Virus record (IMG/VR): IMGVR_UViG_3300039382_000253
Location: 1 to 9,142 of that record
Direction: 5' to 3' (one strand)
Length of the DNA: 9,142 nt
From: a virus
Lineage: Duplodnaviria; Heunggongvirae; Uroviricota; Caudoviricetes
The position numbers and the translations under genes are program-made. This document shows positions 6,891-9,142 of the stretch, piece by piece (position 1 is the first letter of the stretch; each line of letters begins with the position of its first letter). Below the pieces are notes generated by a model, which saw only the letters and a program-made list of their open reading frames with translations, made no database searches and was not told where the DNA came from.

Positions 6891-7820
6891 ATGGCAAACA
6901 CTGCTGAGATATTCAATTTTCCAGTGCCGGATGCGGCACAAAAGGAGCCGCGCGTGGCAGATCTCGATGATGGTTATACGCGCATTGCAAATGAGTTGCT
7001 GGAAGCTGTGATGCTGGCCGGATTAACACAGCACCAGCTTCTGGTCTTTCTGGCTGTCATGCGCAAAACATATGGCTTTAATAAAAAACTGGATTGGGTT
7101 AGCAACGAGCAACTTTCCGAATTAACCGGGATATTGCCGCACAAGTGTTCTGCTGCAAAAAGTGTTCTGGTAAAGCGTGGGATTTTTATTCAGAGCGGGC
7201 GGAATACCGGCATTAATAATGTGGTCAGTGAATGGTCAACATTACCCGAATCAGGTAAGAAAAATAAAGTTTACCTGAAAGAGGTAAATTTACCTGAATC
7301 AGGTAAAAAAAGTTTACCCAAATCAGGTAAAGGCGTTTACCCGAATCAGGTAAACACAAAAGACAAACTAACAAAAGACAATATAAAACCTTTTTCGTCC
7401 GAGAATTCTGGCGAATCCTCTGACCAACCAGAAAACGATCTTCCTGTGGTGAAACCGGATGCTGCAATTCAGAGCGGCAGCAAGTGGGGGACAGCAGAAG
7501 ACCTGACCGCCGCAGAGTGGATGTTTGACATGGTGAAGACCATCGCGCCATCAGCCAGAAAACCGAATTTTGCAGGGTGGGCTAACGATATCCGCCTGAT
7601 GCGTGAACGTGACGGACGTAACCACCGCGACATGTGCGTGCTGTTCCGCTGGGCATGCCAGGACAACTTCTGGTCCGGTAACGTGCTAAGTCCGGCCAAA
7701 CTCCGCGACAAGTGGACCCAGCTCGAAATCAACCGAAACAAGCAACAGGCTGGCGTGACAGCCGGCAAACCAAAACTCGACCTGACGAACACTGACTGGA
7801 TTTACGGGGTGGAGCTATGA
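6891..7820 (+). CDS. O: Replication initiator O (lambda O-like), containing the origin iterons
   Basis: Preferred start ATG 6891 with GGGAGGAA SD, giving MANTAEIFNF (lambda O begins MTNTAKILNF). VADLDDGYTRIANELLEA and LTQHQLLVFLAVMRKTYGFNKK match the lambda O N-terminal domain. The open frame extends upstream to 6801. Stop overlaps the P start (ATGA). Confidence 0.85.
   Translation: MANTAEIFNFPVPDAAQKEPRVADLDDGYTRIANELLEAVMLAGLTQHQLLVFLAVMRKTYGFNKKLDWVSNEQLSELTGILPHKCSAAKSVLVKRGIFIQSGRNTGINNVVSEWSTLPESGKKNKVYLKEVNLPESGKKSLPKSGKGVYPNQVNTKDKLTKDNIKPFSSENSGESSDQPENDLPVVKPDAAIQSGSKWGTAEDLTAAEWMFDMVKTIAPSARKPNFAGWANDIRLMRERDGRNHRDMCVLFRWACQDNFWSGNVLSPAKLRDKWTQLEINRNKQQAGVTAGKPKLDLTNTDWIYGVEL
7241..7395. 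repeat. Origin of replication: five 17-bp palindromic iterons followed by an A/T-rich stretch, inside O
   Basis: TTACC(C/T)(G/A)AA(T/G)(C/A)AGGTAA-type iterons at 7241-7257, 7270-7286 (variant TTACCTGAAAGAGGTAA), 7289-7305, 7313-7329 and 7336-7352, then A/T-rich 7353-7395. Same architecture as ori-lambda. Confidence 0.75.
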
Positions 7821-8518
7821 AAAACATCGCCGCACAGATGGTTAACTTTGACTGTGAGCAGATGCGCCGGATCGCCAACAACATGCCGGAACAGTACGAC
7901 GAAAAGCCACAGGTACAGCAGGTAGCGCAGATCATCAACGGTGTGTTAAGCCAGTTACTGGCAACTTTCCCGGCGAGCCTGGCTAACCGTGACCAGAATG
8001 AACTGAACGAAATCCGCCGCCAGTGGGTTCTGGCTTTCCGGGAAAACGGGATCACCACAATGGAACAGGTTAACGCTGGAATGCGCGTAGCCCGTCGGCA
8101 GAATCGACCATTCCTGCCATCACCCGGGCAGTTTGTCGCCTGGTGCCGGGAAGAAGCATCTGTTAACGCCGGGCTGCCAAACGTCAGCGAGCTGGTTGAT
8201 ATGGTTTACGAGTATTGCCGGAAGCGTGGCCTGTATCCGGATGCAGAGTCTTATCCGTGGAAATCGAACGCGCATTACTGGTTGGTTACCAACTTGTACC
8301 AGAACATGCGGGCCAATGCGCTGACTGACGCGGAATTACGGCGCAAGGCTGCCGATGAACTGACCTGTATGACAGCGCGAATTAACCGTGGTGAGACGAT
8401 ACCTGAACCAGTAAAACAACTTCCTGTTATGGGCGGTAGACCTCTAAATCGTGCACAGGCTCTGGCGAAGATCGCAGAAATTAAAGCTAAATTCGGACTG
8501 AAAGGAGCAAGTGTATGA
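7817..8518 (+). CDS. P: Replication protein P (DnaB helicase loader)
   Basis: 233 aa, MKNIAAQMVNFDCEQMRRIANNMPEQYDEKPQVQQVAQIINGV..., near-identical to lambda P as recalled. Confidence 0.95.
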   Translation: MKNIAAQMVNFDCEQMRRIANNMPEQYDEKPQVQQVAQIINGVLSQLLATFPASLANRDQNELNEIRRQWVLAFRENGITTMEQVNAGMRVARRQNRPFLPSPGQFVAWCREEASVNAGLPNVSELVDMVYEYCRKRGLYPDAESYPWKSNAHYWLVTNLYQNMRANALTDAELRRKAADELTCMTARINRGETIPEPVKQLPVMGGRPLNRAQALAKIAEIKAKFGLKGASV

Positions 8519-8817
8519 CGGGCAAAGAGGCAATTATTCATTACCTGGGGACGCATAAGAGCTTCTGTGCACAGGACGTTGCCGCGGTAACAGGCGCAAC
8601 CGTAACCAGCATAAATCAGGCTGCGGCTAAAATGGCGCGGGCAGGAATCCTGGTCGTTGATGGTAAGGTCTGGCGAACGGTGTATTACCGGTTCGCTACC
8701 AGAGAAGAACGGGAAGGAAAGGTGAGCACGAATCTGATTTTTAAGGAGTGTCGCCAGAGTGTCGCGATGAAACGGGTATTGAGGGTATATAAAAGAACAT
8801 CAATGGGAACACAATGA
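8515..8817 (+). CDS. ren: Ren protein
   Basis: 100 aa, MTGKEAIIHYLGTHKSFCAQDVAAVTGATVTSINQAAAKMARAGILVVDGKVWRTVYYRFATREEREGK..., matches lambda Ren as recalled. ATGA overlap with the P stop. Confidence 0.9.
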   Translation: MTGKEAIIHYLGTHKSFCAQDVAAVTGATVTSINQAAAKMARAGILVVDGKVWRTVYYRFATREEREGKVSTNLIFKECRQSVAMKRVLRVYKRTSMGTQ

Positions 8818-8834
8818 TGAAACAGGTGAGTTGA

Positions 8835-8869
8835 GTTCAAACTGTAGTACAATTCTCTCCAGTTTGAAC
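8835..8869 (+). promoter_or_regulatory. Perfect 10-bp inverted repeat between ren and emrE
   Basis: GTTCAAACTG (8835-8844), 15-nt loop, CAGTTTGAAC (8860-8869), ending 15 nt before the emrE ATG. No T-tract follows, so it is not a canonical terminator. Confidence 0.4.
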
Positions 8870-8884
8870 AGGAAAGAATATGCT

Positions 8885-9142
8885 ATGAACCCTTATATTT
8901 ATCTTGGTGGTGCAATACTTGCAGAGGTCATTGGTACAACCTTAATGAAGTTTTCAGAAGGTTTTACACGGTTATGGCCATCTGTTGGTACAATTATTTG
9001 TTATTGTGCATCATTCTGGTTATTAGCTCAGACGCTGGCTTATATTCCTACAGGGATTGCTTATGCTATCTGGTCAGGAGTCGGTATTGTCCTGATTAGT
9101 TTACTGTCATGGGGATTTTTCGGCCAACGGCTGGACCTGCCA
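8885..9142 (+). CDS. emrE: Small multidrug resistance efflux protein EmrE (SMR family), 3'-truncated by the window edge
   Basis: Hand translation from ATG 8885 gives MNPYIYLGGAILAEVIGTTLMKFSEGFTRLWPSVGTIICYCASFWLLAQTLAYIPTGIAYAIWSGVGIVLISLLSWGFFGQRLDLP, matching E. coli EmrE as recalled. AGGAAAG SD upstream. Same ren-emrE adjacency as in the K-12 DLP12 prophage. Confidence 0.9.
   Translation, partial: MNPYIYLGGAILAEVIGTTLMKFSEGFTRLWPSVGTIICYCASFWLLAQTLAYIPTGIAYAIWSGVGIVLISLLSWGFFGQRLDLP

Noticed and set aside
7241-7352. Considered whether the 17-bp repeats could be a CRISPR array or transposon ends
   Set aside because: The repeats are palindromic, unevenly spaced (19-29 bp), lie inside the O reading frame and are followed by an A/T-rich block, which is the classic iteron origin architecture.
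6577-8556. Minus-strand ORFs 6577..6873, 6597..6788, 7225..7551, 7469..7792, 7729..8058, 8275..8556 and plus-strand 8133..8324
   Set aside because: Antisense to or out of frame with the cII-position gene, O and P; several are artefacts of the repetitive iteron region.

Overview
This window is the early region of a lambdoid (DLP12-like) prophage from an enterobacterium, most likely E. coli or Shigella, with an IS3-family insertion sequence at its left edge. All identifications are from reading the translations and recalled reference sequences; no database search was run. Leftward (minus strand), a CI-like repressor is followed by an ORF-poor gap, a short ORF in the kil position that is unrelated to lambda Kil, then gam-bet-exo (lambda Red, near-identical to lambda as far as I can recall). 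Beyond exo lies an accessory exo-xis cluster: a small orf60a-position ORF, an orphan Dam-family methyltransferase, a small ORF, a TraR/DksA-like zinc-finger protein, a 92-aa Cys/His-containing protein and an AlpA/Xis-like gene that ends inside the IS terminus. Rightward (plus strand), a lambda-style oR/pR/pRM switch is followed by a Cro-like HTH protein, a 179-aa protein in the cII position, O with five internal ori iterons, P, ren, and the 5' part of emrE. The most unusual part is 4370-5171, where N, cIII, ral and rex are absent and replaced by non-lambda sequence. I found no tRNA, rRNA or CRISPR array.
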